In this document: positions 1 through 8,199 of the stretch, piece after piece
Layout: each line of letters starts with the position of its first letter
Numbering within the stretch: position 1 is the stretch's first letter
IMG/VR virus record: IMGVR_UViG_3300045006_000496
Span: 1-31,589 of that record
Strand: one strand, 5' to 3'
Length of the DNA stretch: 31,589 nt
Origin: a virus
Taxonomy: Duplodnaviria; Caudoviricetes
Made by a program: the position numbers and the translations under genes
The notes under the pieces: model-generated
The model's input: the letters and a program-made list of their open reading frames with translations, nothing else
Databases searched by the model: none
Told to the model about the DNA's origin: nothing

Positions 1-65
1 TTATCGCTCCAAATTTGTGCTACTTCAAGCAAAGCTTTAAGATCGAGACATTTACAGCTTTCCAT
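1..65 (-). CDS. partial hypothetical protein (5' end; runs off the left edge)
   Basis: ATG at 65 preceded by purine-rich AGGAAGGG; frame MESCKCLDLKALLEVAQIWSD open to the edge. Confidence 0.4.
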   Translation of the reverse strand, partial: MESCKCLDLKALLEVAQIWSD

Positions 66-115
66 TGTGCCCTTCCTAAGCCAGATTTGGTGGCTCATTG
101 TTATTTATATGAACA

Positions 116-144
116 ATTATAAAACAAAGTACACACAACATCAA
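116..144 (-). promoter_or_regulatory. sigma70-like promoter
   Basis: Minus strand TTGATG-N17-TATAAT in the intergenic gap. Confidence 0.55.
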
Positions 145-163
145 AAATACCCACAACATATCA

Positions 164-844
164 TTACGACGTTCCACGCCTAAGTGCTTGCAATTTATGT
201 TTACAGTTTTTATGTACCCGATAAATTACATTAGGTTTGCCATATCTTTGTGTAAAATCACCAGAAACATACTTGGGATCAAAAGATTCCTGATTATAGG
301 CTTCAAACCCCACTAATGAATAGATTCTATTAAGCGTCGGTGTACCAAAATGATCTAAGAAGCACGCTCCGTTTCTTACCGCAGCCTCCATAAGCATTTC
401 GCCGATGCCAGCAACTCCAGGTTCATTATTAAAAACAGCTACAACTTCCTCAAAATCTCCTGTTTCTGGAAATTTCTTTAAAGCAAATCCGATTGCCATA
501 CCAGGAATCATAAAAAGTTTCATTTTTGCAAATTCTGATACAGAGTAAGGAGAAAGCATTTCTGCATGTTGGCTCCTGCCAAGGGCTTCATGATAGGTTG
601 CCGCTGAAGGGCTTTCTAGTTTATTACTTTTAAGCGCCTCCATTGCCAGGCGAGTCTTCTCCTCGTTTTTCTCTTTTTCCTCCAGCGAGAAAAGCCGCTC
701 TGCTAATGCTCCATCAAAGGCTCTTCGTGTATGTTCGTGTTGGATCTCTTCTCGAAAAAGCTCTTCTGTCAATCGGGCATTAAACAATCGTTTGGCGCAC
801 GTCTCATGCAGAACTTGTCGTATATATCTCATGTCATTTTTCAC
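164..844 (-). CDS. GNAT-fold-like phage protein
   Basis: GTG start with AGGAGGAG RBS; C-terminal VAVFNN..GIGEMLMEAAVRNG..LDHF..L..IYSLVGF resembles GNAT motif A/B. Confidence 0.55.
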   Translation of the reverse strand: MKNDMRYIRQVLHETCAKRLFNARLTEELFREEIQHEHTRRAFDGALAERLFSLEEKEKNEEKTRLAMEALKSNKLESPSAATYHEALGRSQHAEMLSPYSVSEFAKMKLFMIPGMAIGFALKKFPETGDFEEVVAVFNNEPGVAGIGEMLMEAAVRNGACFLDHFGTPTLNRIYSLVGFEAYNQESFDPKYVSGDFTQRYGKPNVIYRVHKNCKHKLQALRRGTS

Positions 845-881
845 ACTTTTCTCCTCCTGTATTAATTAGTTCACTCTTTTT

Positions 882-1091
882 TTATTTTATCTCCTCTAGT
901 TGGCTTATATGAAAGTTACATTGCCGATTATCACCAGGATCCAATAATATTACACGGCACCAATAATCGCTATTACAGGAAACAACAAGTGCATAATTAT
1001 GCTTAAACCAACCTTTAATTTTGACCACAGCACCGGGTTTTAAAGATGGTTCTAAATATCTATTTAATATCATGTGCAGTTTTGTTTGCAT
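882..1091 (-). CDS. hypothetical protein, small beta-barrel-like
   Basis: 69 aa ORF that fills the gene tiling; KPGAVVKIK motif. Confidence 0.55.
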   Translation of the reverse strand: MQTKLHMILNRYLEPSLKPGAVVKIKGWFKHNYALVVSCNSDYWCRVILLDPGDNRQCNFHISQLEEIK

Positions 1092-1173
1092 CTTCTATAG
1101 CCCGGTGGGGGTCCGGTCCTCCGGCTTCTTGGGGGATTTAATATCATGTGCAGATTTTGTTTGCATCTTCTAT
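1062..1173. repeat. 37/38-bp direct repeat flanking a 37-bp GC-rich insert
   Basis: ATTTAATATCATGTGCAG(A)TTTTGTTTGCATCTTCTAT at 1062-1098 and 1136-1173. Confidence 0.95.
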
Positions 1174-1452
1174 GGAAGCAGCATAGCCCAGCAGCCCATA
1201 ACCCGCAATATCTCTCCAGGGCGACTCTCCAAAAGCATCCTTGGCAGTTGCTATACGAAACAATTTATCTAGAACACGTACAGTCGCCAACATATCCAAA
1301 TAACGATCTGGAGTCACACCACGAGGATAAAGAATCTTCAATATCTGTTCTGCTTGCGCAAAGGCATCACCATAAGCTACATTCTTCTCTTTTACAAGCT
1401 TACCAATTTCTGTTCCAAGAGCAAGAAAATCTACGTTTTTAAGTGATGACAT
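1144..1452 (-). CDS. nucleotide-modification-associated domain 1 (DUF1599/Nmad1)-like protein
   Basis: EKNVAYGD...RVLDKLFRI...WRDIAGYGLL pattern; AGGAG RBS. Confidence 0.6.
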   Translation of the reverse strand: MSSLKNVDFLALGTEIGKLVKEKNVAYGDAFAQAEQILKILYPRGVTPDRYLDMLATVRVLDKLFRIATAKDAFGESPWRDIAGYGLLGYAASIEDANKICT

Positions 1453-1469
1453 GTTATTCTCCTATATAT

Positions 1470-1730
1470 CTATACAAGAAGTATCAATTCCTTTCGATGA
1501 TATTGACATGCTGCTTTGTTCCATATTTTATCTTTTGGATGCAGCCACCTTATATCATAATGATCTTCCCCGAAGATTCGCACCACCATGCCCCAATAAG
1601 GTCGCGGACGCCTATCTTCATGAAACTGTAAATGATCGTGTTTGTTTTCATATGACTTATTAAGTACATAATCCGATTTAGTATAAAGCACTATGCTATC
1701 AATCTTTATATCTTGTTGATTCTGGTTCAC
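1470..1730 (-). CDS. hypothetical protein
   Basis: 86 aa ORF whose start overlaps the upstream ligase stop by 4 nt. Confidence 0.55.
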   Translation of the reverse strand: MNQNQQDIKIDSIVLYTKSDYVLNKSYENKHDHLQFHEDRRPRPYWGMVVRIFGEDHYDIRWLHPKDKIWNKAACQYHRKELILLV

Positions 1731-2671
1731 GAATGCACTTCCATAATGTGCCTCTTAAGAAGCTGACAAGCCAGCGTATTAGCAGGAGCCGTAACGGTCT
1801 TTAGATCCTTTTTAGAAAGGGAAGCTACAGCTTCTTCGTTTTCTTTTTGAAAATCCTTCTGATAATCAAAAATCAACATTTTAATAAGATCTGGAAAATC
1901 TTGCATACCTCGAATTTCGCCATGCTTTGAAAGCACGCTCAACAATCTGCTTTCGGTAATATAGCTACACGCAAGATTTGCCAACTTGCTATGCTCCTCG
2001 CTTACCGGGGATTTGAGTATCCTAACCTTGGGCTCTCCACGTTCAGCAAATTTTTCATTTTTCTTCTTTAGGAGAATCGTATCGTGCATAAAGAAAAATG
2101 TCTTCTCCAGCGGTCTTATAACCACGCCCTCTTCAATATTACCCTCTATCGGATTCAGCCTGCTGGGAAATTCTGTATTAATCGCTCTCGCTGCCTCAAT
2201 GCCGTCAAAAATACCGATTATCGGCACATAAAGATCTCCATAAAAAGTCTGTGCCTCTATAGGCGGCACCCATCGCTGTTCCGAAATCTCGAAAAGATCG
2301 AAGAAACGAATCCCTTTTTCTACTCCGTAATTTACTCTTTTCTGAATTCCTTCGCCATAAAGCTCACCAAAGAGCACGTAGCTGCGCTTTTCCTTGTTCG
2401 CTCGTTCCTGCACTTTGGCTAGAAAAGCAGCAACCTCGGGACACGCTAGAGCCTTTTGATAGCCAAAAAAGTTTTCATCAGGAGATAGCATTCGATTTCT
2501 GCTCTGAAAAATAAAAGACTTTTCAGGAGCTACATGAATACCAAAGTTGCTGCCATCAATTTTACTGGTAGCTATCCACTTGCACGAATAAAGTTCAGGA
2601 TAAGCTTCGAGCCATTTAGCTATGAGCTTGCCATTATAGCTATTTTCAATATCGTGAAAAGGCTTATGCAT
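1727..2671 (-). CDS. RNA ligase, Rnl2 family
   Basis: Nucleotidyltransferase motifs KIDGSNF (I), QSRN, FGELYG (III), FFD (IIIa), EGVVIRP (IV), KKKNEKF (V), plus an Rnl2-like helical C-domain (YITESRL..V.SK.G). Confidence 0.85.
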   Translation of the reverse strand: MHKPFHDIENSYNGKLIAKWLEAYPELYSCKWIATSKIDGSNFGIHVAPEKSFIFQSRNRMLSPDENFFGYQKALACPEVAAFLAKVQERANKEKRSYVLFGELYGEGIQKRVNYGVEKGIRFFDLFEISEQRWVPPIEAQTFYGDLYVPIIGIFDGIEAARAINTEFPSRLNPIEGNIEEGVVIRPLEKTFFFMHDTILLKKKNEKFAERGEPKVRILKSPVSEEHSKLANLACSYITESRLLSVLSKHGEIRGMQDFPDLIKMLIFDYQKDFQKENEEAVASLSKKDLKTVTAPANTLACQLLKRHIMEVHS

Positions 2672-2684
2672 GTTTTCTCCTTAA

Positions 2685-2876
2685 TCAGGAAACGACGTAC
2701 ATACAATACAAACTTAGCCAGCTTGCCAACATGGTTCCGAGTCGCCAGATATGTCGTTCATTTTGCTCTTTTTCATCCATGAAAAAGTTGCTATAGCAGA
2801 GCAAGGGAAAAGCTACCAAAAAACCAATAAGAGCAATTAGTTCTTTTGTCACGACTTCACTTTTTCTAGATCGCAT
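2685..2876 (-). CDS. small hypothetical membrane protein
   Basis: Two hydrophobic segments; fills the gap between neighbours; start uncertain. Confidence 0.45.
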   Translation of the reverse strand: MRSRKSEVVTKELIALIGFLVAFPLLCYSNFFMDEKEQNERHIWRLGTMLASWLSLYCMYVVS

Positions 2877-3304
2877 TCATTGAACCAACGAGAGCTTTCC
2901 TTAATATCGATCTTGTTACCAAAATTAAGCCGATAGTTTTTATACGAATTGACTTCTATTACTATTCCTATGAAGCCTGCACACCTATCGGACTTCCGTG
3001 CTCGCGTTTTCACGCGCACCAGAGATCCAGAAGCAAATTTTGCTGGCCTAGGTTCAAGGTGCTCAAGTGCTCGTTCAATGTTTTCACAGAAGAAACCAGC
3101 AAAATGGTCATATTCGGGATGAGATTCTTCGTGTTCGCCCTGAACGTGGATGCAGACGGCACTACCTGTGCCATCTTTGCTGCCGTTTTCAAAGAAGGAA
3201 AGTCGTTGTCCGCGATGCACAACCCAATAAGAACCACAAGCATCGCAACACATCTTCTTGCCCAATCGCTTTTCTACCTTCATAACGGCGGCAAGAACAT
3301 TCAT
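2849..3304 (-). CDS. hypothetical protein with C-terminal SH3/KOW-like segment
   Basis: AAGGAG RBS, directly downstream of a promoter; KFASGSLVRVK...WFNECDLEKV. Confidence 0.7.
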   Translation of the reverse strand: MNVLAAVMKVEKRLGKKMCCDACGSYWVVHRGQRLSFFENGSKDGTGSAVCIHVQGEHEESHPEYDHFAGFFCENIERALEHLEPRPAKFASGSLVRVKTRARKSDRCAGFIGIVIEVNSYKNYRLNFGNKIDIKESSRWFNECDLEKVKS

Positions 3305-3326
3305 CTTTTCTCCTTGCTCTCCCTAA

Positions 3327-3355
3327 GACATAACACGAAGGAGGATGAATGTCAA
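3327..3355 (-). promoter_or_regulatory. sigma70-like early promoter
   Basis: A-tract-CTTC-TTGACA-N17-TATGTC with TGn extension. Confidence 0.55.
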
Positions 3356-3386
3356 GAAGTTTTTTTGATCAGAAAAATCTTGTAGT

Positions 3387-3788
3387 TTATGTGCGCTCGG
3401 CCCACCATGCAAGCCCTGATTCTTGTTTCCTGTCTTTTGCTACACAACATTCATCGCAAAGTGTACAAAACCAGGAACCCAATTTATGAGCTTTGCCGGG
3501 CTTGCCACAAAATTCACATGTGCTGCCTGATAAGTCTTCAGCAAAATCAATTAAACTACATATCGTAATGTTGCTAGCATCATCAACGTAATAACGTAGA
3601 GTTCCAAACTTTTCCTTAATCTGCGTAATCGTAATCTGGGGAATTCCCTCGCGGTCTATGACTCGTTGAATATTAGCGCAAAGCGTATTTATAATATTGA
3701 ACCACCCATCGTAGCATCCTGTCTCGTGAATATTAGCAAAAAGTCTAGGGTAGCTGCTAATTAAAACTTGTGTCTTCTCTGGTGACAT
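3387..3788 (-). CDS. conserved phage hypothetical protein with CxxC zinc-binding motifs
   Basis: QIKEKFGTLRYY...TCEFCGKPG...TLCDEC, a motif common in large phages; AGGAGG RBS. Confidence 0.75.
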   Translation of the reverse strand: MSPEKTQVLISSYPRLFANIHETGCYDGWFNIINTLCANIQRVIDREGIPQITITQIKEKFGTLRYYVDDASNITICSLIDFAEDLSGSTCEFCGKPGKAHKLGSWFCTLCDECCVAKDRKQESGLAWWAERT

Positions 3789-4377
3789 AATCTCCTCCTT
3801 GGGCTATCAAAAGTGAACGTAAATAAGATTCATATTTATCACTGTAAAAGCTTAATGTCAAAAGATATCTTATTCGTAAAACATAAGGCTCTACTTCTAA
3901 AATTTTAGCTCGAAAAGAAACTGCCATGCGTTTTTCTTCTGGATACCGGGCATAGAGCAGGTCTTTCTCTTCTATTACTTCAATGGGCATGCCGTGAGTT
4001 GCCACCACAACATCACCAAAATAATCAGACGTTTCTTCAGGAGTTACAAAAGCTAGAGTCACCTGTTTAGCAATCAAGCCAAGCTTGAAACGACATCCTG
4101 CCAAACTACATAGTTTGCCGCGTTCCTCGAAAAGAAAAAACAACACAGTATCCATCAAGACATAACGATTCATTATGCATTTTACAACATAAAAGTTCTT
4201 TTCTTTATCTGGTGCTGCACAACGAAAAATATTTAGTTGTTTCGGAATATCTTCTGGCACGGCACCCCAGGATAATTCTTCAATGCCAGTCTGTCCCAAA
4301 AGGCACATATCTTCAGCAACATTAGCTGATTCATCGGGCTGCTGCAATAAAAATACGAATATTAACCATCTATACAT
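3757..4377 (-). CDS. hypothetical protein with hydrophobic N-terminus
   Basis: 206 aa ORF; ATG overlaps the last base of the tRNA-Lys CCA. Confidence 0.6.
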   Translation of the reverse strand: MYRWLIFVFLLQQPDESANVAEDMCLLGQTGIEELSWGAVPEDIPKQLNIFRCAAPDKEKNFYVVKCIMNRYVLMDTVLFFLFEERGKLCSLAGCRFKLGLIAKQVTLAFVTPEETSDYFGDVVVATHGMPIEVIEEKDLLYARYPEEKRMAVSFRAKILEVEPYVLRIRYLLTLSFYSDKYESYLRSLLIAQGGDYVTREDTSFN

Positions 4378-4452
4378 GGTCGGAGAGACAGGCTTCGAAC
4401 CTGCGACTTACGGATTAAAAGTCCGCTACTCTACCTGCTGAGTTACTCTCCG
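4377..4452 (-). tRNA. trnK: tRNA-Lys(UUU)
   Basis: Acceptor CGGAGAG/CTCTCCG, anticodon arm GCGGA-CTTTTAA-TCCGT, GGTTCGAAG T-loop, encoded CCA. Confidence 0.95.
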
Positions 4453-4484
4453 GTGCCGATTTTTGCTAATCGGCAAAAGCTGTT

Positions 4485-4706
4485 TCACTTCTCTTTCTTG
4501 GGAATTAGAATGCCTGTGTTCTGGAGCTTGATTAAAAATGTTTCCCACAAATCATTGACCGCAGCAGAATCAATGTTTCCCGAACTAAAATCCTTTAGAA
4601 GTTCCCAGGTCTTATCTTCCAAGTGCTCCGCTGCTTCTTCCTTAGCTAGCTTAGAAGACAGTCCCTTGAGCAATCCTGTATGTTCCCAACGTTCCACAAT
4701 ATTCAT
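4485..4706 (-). CDS. small protein resembling the N-terminal segment of gp23-type major capsid proteins
   Basis: ERWEHTGLLKGL resembles the kWekTGLLEGL motif recalled from T4-like capsid precursors. Confidence 0.5.
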   Translation of the reverse strand: MNIVERWEHTGLLKGLSSKLAKEEAAEHLEDKTWELLKDFSSGNIDSAAVNDLWETFLIKLQNTGILIPKKEK

Positions 4707-4707
4707 A

Positions 4708-5061
4708 TCACGCCTTTCTCATACGATGAAAGAACCACAATGGAAGACCCATGGCATCTGCTACCAGTTTGTAGTTATATGCAGGCTGTTTCTCTGCCGC
4801 TTCTCGAATTCGCTTTTTCAGCGCACCATAAATTCCCAGTTCATGAACCGGCTCCTTTTCAAGAGCCAGACTCTTGCCTGTAAGCACTCTACCAAAAGCA
4901 ATCTCCCGTGCCCTTGCCTTGCTACACTGATCTGATGGATGCTGAAAAGTTAGACCTATTTCATAATGATCTTTGCAGATCACTACCGCTGCACAGACAC
5001 GACGATCAAACCAGTATCTAAAAAATGATGCCCTTGTTACTTCTTTATCCCGATCTAGCAC
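4708..5061 (-). CDS. hypothetical protein
   Basis: GTG start with AAGGAG RBS, downstream of a promoter. Confidence 0.7.
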   Translation of the reverse strand: MLDRDKEVTRASFFRYWFDRRVCAAVVICKDHYEIGLTFQHPSDQCSKARAREIAFGRVLTGKSLALEKEPVHELGIYGALKKRIREAAEKQPAYNYKLVADAMGLPLWFFHRMRKA

Positions 5062-5127
5062 GATCTTTTTCTCCTTTGACAGAAAACCAGAATGATCGAT
5101 TTCCCCGTGAAATCAATCTATAACTTT

Positions 5128-5155
5128 AGTATACATGAACGGATATCCTTGTCAA
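5128..5155 (-). promoter_or_regulatory. sigma70-like early promoter
   Basis: A-tract-GTTC-TTGACA-N16-TATACT. Confidence 0.65.
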
Positions 5156-5176
5156 GAACTTTTTTTTAAGCCGCAG

Positions 5177-5392
5177 AAAAAGAAAAGCTGGCTAGTAAAA
5201 CAACAAATAAAGAACATAGCACACTGGACACCTATTGCACAACAAAACAACAAACAGCTATAAAAAATGTTTGCAGGTGTCCGTTGCTCATCCAGTGTTT
5301 TATAAAACACAAAGAACTAGCCAGCCTGCATTTGCTGCCAAAGCAGCTTCGATAGGGATAGGTAATTCCCTATCCGGCACTTAGCTTCGCCG
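5177..5392 (-). ncRNA. putative structured ncRNA or 3' element downstream of the 220-aa gene
   Basis: Nested perfect inverted repeats 5187-5196/5316-5325, 5221-5228/5291-5298 and 5226-5233/5275-5282; hairpins 5334-5347 and 5351-5374; U-tract after the closing stem; no ORF. Confidence 0.6.
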
Positions 5393-5407
5393 AAACTTTT
5401 CAGAGAA

Positions 5408-6070
5408 CTATGAGGCGATGCCCATTAAATCAAGCGTTGTCTGCGAAAGCTCTACTGTCACTCGAACAGTAGCATTCTTGGTTGTTCGCTCTTCTTCGAG
5501 CGCATTAAGCCTTCGACGAAGCTCTAGCTCCTCAGACCGTACCTTCTCCAAATCGTAGACCTGTACATCATACTGTTGAAGCGGCTTTTCACTGGAAAGA
5601 ATTAAACCTCGTGCTTCATTCAATAGATGCTGATTAGAGAGAGCGTCAAGAGACTGGACATTTTCCATTTCAAGCTGAGAACGGAGACTAGAAGTGATCT
5701 TCAGCCTAATGTTTCCCTCTTCGATTGAAGAGAGAAGCTGTGACACTCCGGAAGTTACGTTTGTCTGAAAAACAGCTTCTTTGAGGGCATAAAAATCCCT
5801 AAGAAAATTGAAGTGCTGCTGATGCTGCTCCAGGGTAGCCTTGATAGCAAGAGCTGTACGTTCACGAATAACATTCGCAGGCTGATCAAGGTTCACAGTC
5901 ACTCGAACAACGCCCATAAGCTTAGGCACTTCATTTCCAAAATAATCGCATGTCTGTCTAAGCCTAGCAATTCTATTACTAGAGTTTGCCGAACCTACAT
6001 CAGCCTTAATCTGCGCCTTAAGCTTTTCTAGAACCTTATTGGCCTTATTAAGTGTCAGCGTTACCTTCAT
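5408..6070 (-). CDS. helical coiled-coil protein, DIP1984/DUF6847-like
   Basis: N-terminal TLNKA..LEKL and C-terminal LNALEEE...KNATVRVTVEL pattern; AGGGGG RBS; family call tentative. Confidence 0.5.
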   Translation of the reverse strand: MKVTLTLNKANKVLEKLKAQIKADVGSANSSNRIARLRQTCDYFGNEVPKLMGVVRVTVNLDQPANVIRERTALAIKATLEQHQQHFNFLRDFYALKEAVFQTNVTSGVSQLLSSIEEGNIRLKITSSLRSQLEMENVQSLDALSNQHLLNEARGLILSSEKPLQQYDVQVYDLEKVRSEELELRRRLNALEEERTTKNATVRVTVELSQTTLDLMGIAS

Positions 6071-6093
6071 GATTCCCCCTTGTTAGCTATTAG

Positions 6094-6165
6094 CCCTCTC
6101 AGCAGGATTCGCACCTGCATCTTCCCTTATACCATAAGGGGCTTTGCTCATTAAGCTATAAGAGA
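6094..6165 (-). tRNA. trnT: tRNA-Thr(GGU), atypical
   Basis: Anticodon arm CCCTT-ATGGTAT-AAGGG; T-arm GCAGG-TGCGAAT-CCTGC (G55); acceptor with two G-U pairs; no CCA. Confidence 0.7.
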
Positions 6166-6177
6166 GCACATCAAAAA

Positions 6178-6405
6178 CTAATCAGCGTTATAAGCTGAAT
6201 TGGCATCTGGTGCCGAATGAATAAACAGCCATGTGTTTGCATCTTCCCCACCTATCAGCATAGATGTAGCTGTTGGAGCAGGCACAGGCGGCGCGGATTC
6301 CTGAACGTCGGGATTATCCGCAGAAACAGGAGCTACCTCTGTCTTGGGACAACCAAGGAAGCAGGCAGCAAGAGCACAAATAGCTACAAAAGTTCCAATT
6401 CGCAT
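6178..6405 (-). CDS. small putative lipoprotein
   Basis: AGGAG RBS; MRIGTFVAICALAACFLG-C signal peptide and lipobox, then a Pro/Ala-rich tail. Confidence 0.6.
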   Translation of the reverse strand: MRIGTFVAICALAACFLGCPKTEVAPVSADNPDVQESAPPVPAPTATSMLIGGEDANTWLFIHSAPDANSAYNAD

Positions 6406-6501
6406 GATTTTTTTCTCCTTCTAGGCAACTCTGCCTAATGTTGGAATAAATAGTATTATATTTCTTTTTTTACCTCTATTAAGGACTTTTTAGATGGTCA
6501 G

Positions 6502-6584
6502 TGGAGAGGGCAGGATTCGAACCTGCGAAGCCGTTCGACAACGGATTTACAGTCCGCTCCCTTTGACCACTCGGGAACCTCTCC
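6502..6584 (-). tRNA. trnY: tRNA-Tyr(GUA)
   Basis: GGAGAGG/CCTCTCC acceptor, GCGGA-CTGTAAA-TCCGT, long variable arm, GGTTCGAATCC. Confidence 0.95.
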
Positions 6585-6770
6585 CTTTAGGTGTTTTCTA
6601 GTTATGGCGTATGAAGCGCCACCATAAATGCCGATCTCTGCCCTAGCGTACAGCCTCCCAGAGACCCGAAAATAAACAAAAATTAAATATAAAACACGTT
6701 ATGCCGTACCGCTTCTTCATCATTGACGACATTCTTCTAGAAAACAGTTGTCAAAGAACAAAAATAATAA

Positions 6771-6956
6771 TCAGAGTTCTTCCCGATCAATCATAGCATC
6801 TTCTTCACTGGTTGTCAAGAAGTATTGTGTCCGCATTTCTCGATTTTCTGGATTTTCTTTGCACCGATGCACGAAAGAACGATTCCATTCCGAGATCGCT
6901 CCTTCATCAACACGCTCTCCACAAGAACAACAATATATATGCAACTGCTTATGCAT
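6771..6956 (-). CDS. small Cys/His-containing hypothetical protein
   Basis: Start moved to ATG 6956 (GAGGA RBS, overlaps the AAA stop); MHKQLHIYCCSCGE...HRC. Confidence 0.5.
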   Translation of the reverse strand: MHKQLHIYCCSCGERVDEGAISEWNRSFVHRCKENPENREMRTQYFLTTSEEDAMIDREEL

Positions 6957-8199
6957 AATCGTCCTCGGGTGTTGAAGGGCCTCGAAGAAAAAGCTTTTTC
7001 TTTCGTTCGCGTGGTGGTGGTTGCCAGCCAAGCTCTCTTGCCCTGGCATAAACATCCGCCAACGAAATAACAAGCTTATCTTTCTCTTCTGTCTGAAAAT
7101 ACTTACTTGCAAGCTTCTGTTCACCATCCTGCAAAAGCGAACAAAGCACCTTATTAGCATGAGCCGCAGAAAGCAAATCTACCCGAATGCGCTCACTGAG
7201 CCTTCCTTTACGAAGCAAAGCCGGATCAATAGCTATCAATTCAGCATTGGTAGTAGCTACTAATCGAATATCAAAAATCTCTGCCAACAAACCATCGCCG
7301 AGGTTCAAAGCAGAAGACAACCCTGCAAGGCTGGCTCCTTTTTGTCTTGGTACCAGCAACTTATCTGCATCCTCCAAAAGCAAAACAATAGGAAGTTTTG
7401 AACTATGAGCAAAATATTCCTGAAAAAGCTGAAGAAGTTCCGGATCCATCAAATCGTCATAGTTCTTGGCATTAACAAACACATAAGACATAGATGTTTC
7501 CGCAAGTAGACCGCGAAGTAGATAAGTTTTGCCACTGCCGGGCGGACCCTCCAGAAGTGTAAGCCTACCTTTAGGCTGCATACAGTTCAGATCTTGTTTA
7601 ACAGCATCGTACTGCGTCAGCACATGATCGGTATAATTTAAGCGCTCTACTGTTTTAGCAATTTGGCTTACAGTCACCGACGAAAGACAAAGTGCCGACT
7701 TCGGATCGGCGCGAGTCAAAACAAAAAGGTCACTTTGCTGCTGCATTTCACGAGCTAGCGGCATCATAATTTGTTGAAAGGCTTCCAGATCCTCTTTGTC
7801 GAAACAAACAATTTCGGCGTCCGGGGAAGATAGCAAACTTCCACACCGTATTGCACCACGCTTCCACGCCCAAAAACGCGAATGTACCTGATTCCGAATA
7901 CTGCTTTCTTCTACGGCTGGAGCACCCCATTTCTCTACAAGAAACCGCGTAGGATCAGAAGTTAGATGTCCAACAGCACAATGATGGCTTGTACTACCAA
8001 CTTCTTCTACTGCCCGAATTACAGTAGCAGCCTCCAGAGCTTTAACTGGTTCCCATGTCCAACAAGGATTTTTTGTCCACCAAGGCGAAGACGAATCTTT
8101 CCTGGCAGATAAACCAAACTTCCTTTTTTCAGAATCGTTCACAACGAACCTCCCCGGAAGGGAAAATAAGATAAACAGACTTTTTAAGCTTTCTGGCAT
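6949..8199 (-). CDS. AAA+ ATPase
   Basis: Walker A GPPGSGKT, Walker B LLLED, sensor ATTN, SRH DPALLRKGR; start uncertain. Confidence 0.88.
   Translation of the reverse strand: MPESLKSLFILFSLPGRFVVNDSEKRKFGLSARKDSSSPWWTKNPCWTWEPVKALEAATVIRAVEEVGSTSHHCAVGHLTSDPTRFLVEKWGAPAVEESSIRNQVHSRFWAWKRGAIRCGSLLSSPDAEIVCFDKEDLEAFQQIMMPLAREMQQQSDLFVLTRADPKSALCLSSVTVSQIAKTVERLNYTDHVLTQYDAVKQDLNCMQPKGRLTLLEGPPGSGKTYLLRGLLAETSMSYVFVNAKNYDDLMDPELLQLFQEYFAHSSKLPIVLLLEDADKLLVPRQKGASLAGLSSALNLGDGLLAEIFDIRLVATTNAELIAIDPALLRKGRLSERIRVDLLSAAHANKVLCSLLQDGEQKLASKYFQTEEKDKLVISLADVYARARELGWQPPPRERKKKLFLRGPSTPEDDYA

Noticed and set aside
6601-6755. Short repeat GTTATG(G/C)CGTA and a TTGACA near 6750
   Set aside because: The repeat is only 11 bp with a mismatch, and the TTGACA lacks a credible -10 at correct spacing.
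6957-7160. N-terminal half of ORF 6771-7160
   Set aside because: It overlaps the AAA+ ATPase out of frame; the internal ATG 6956 with RBS is more plausible.
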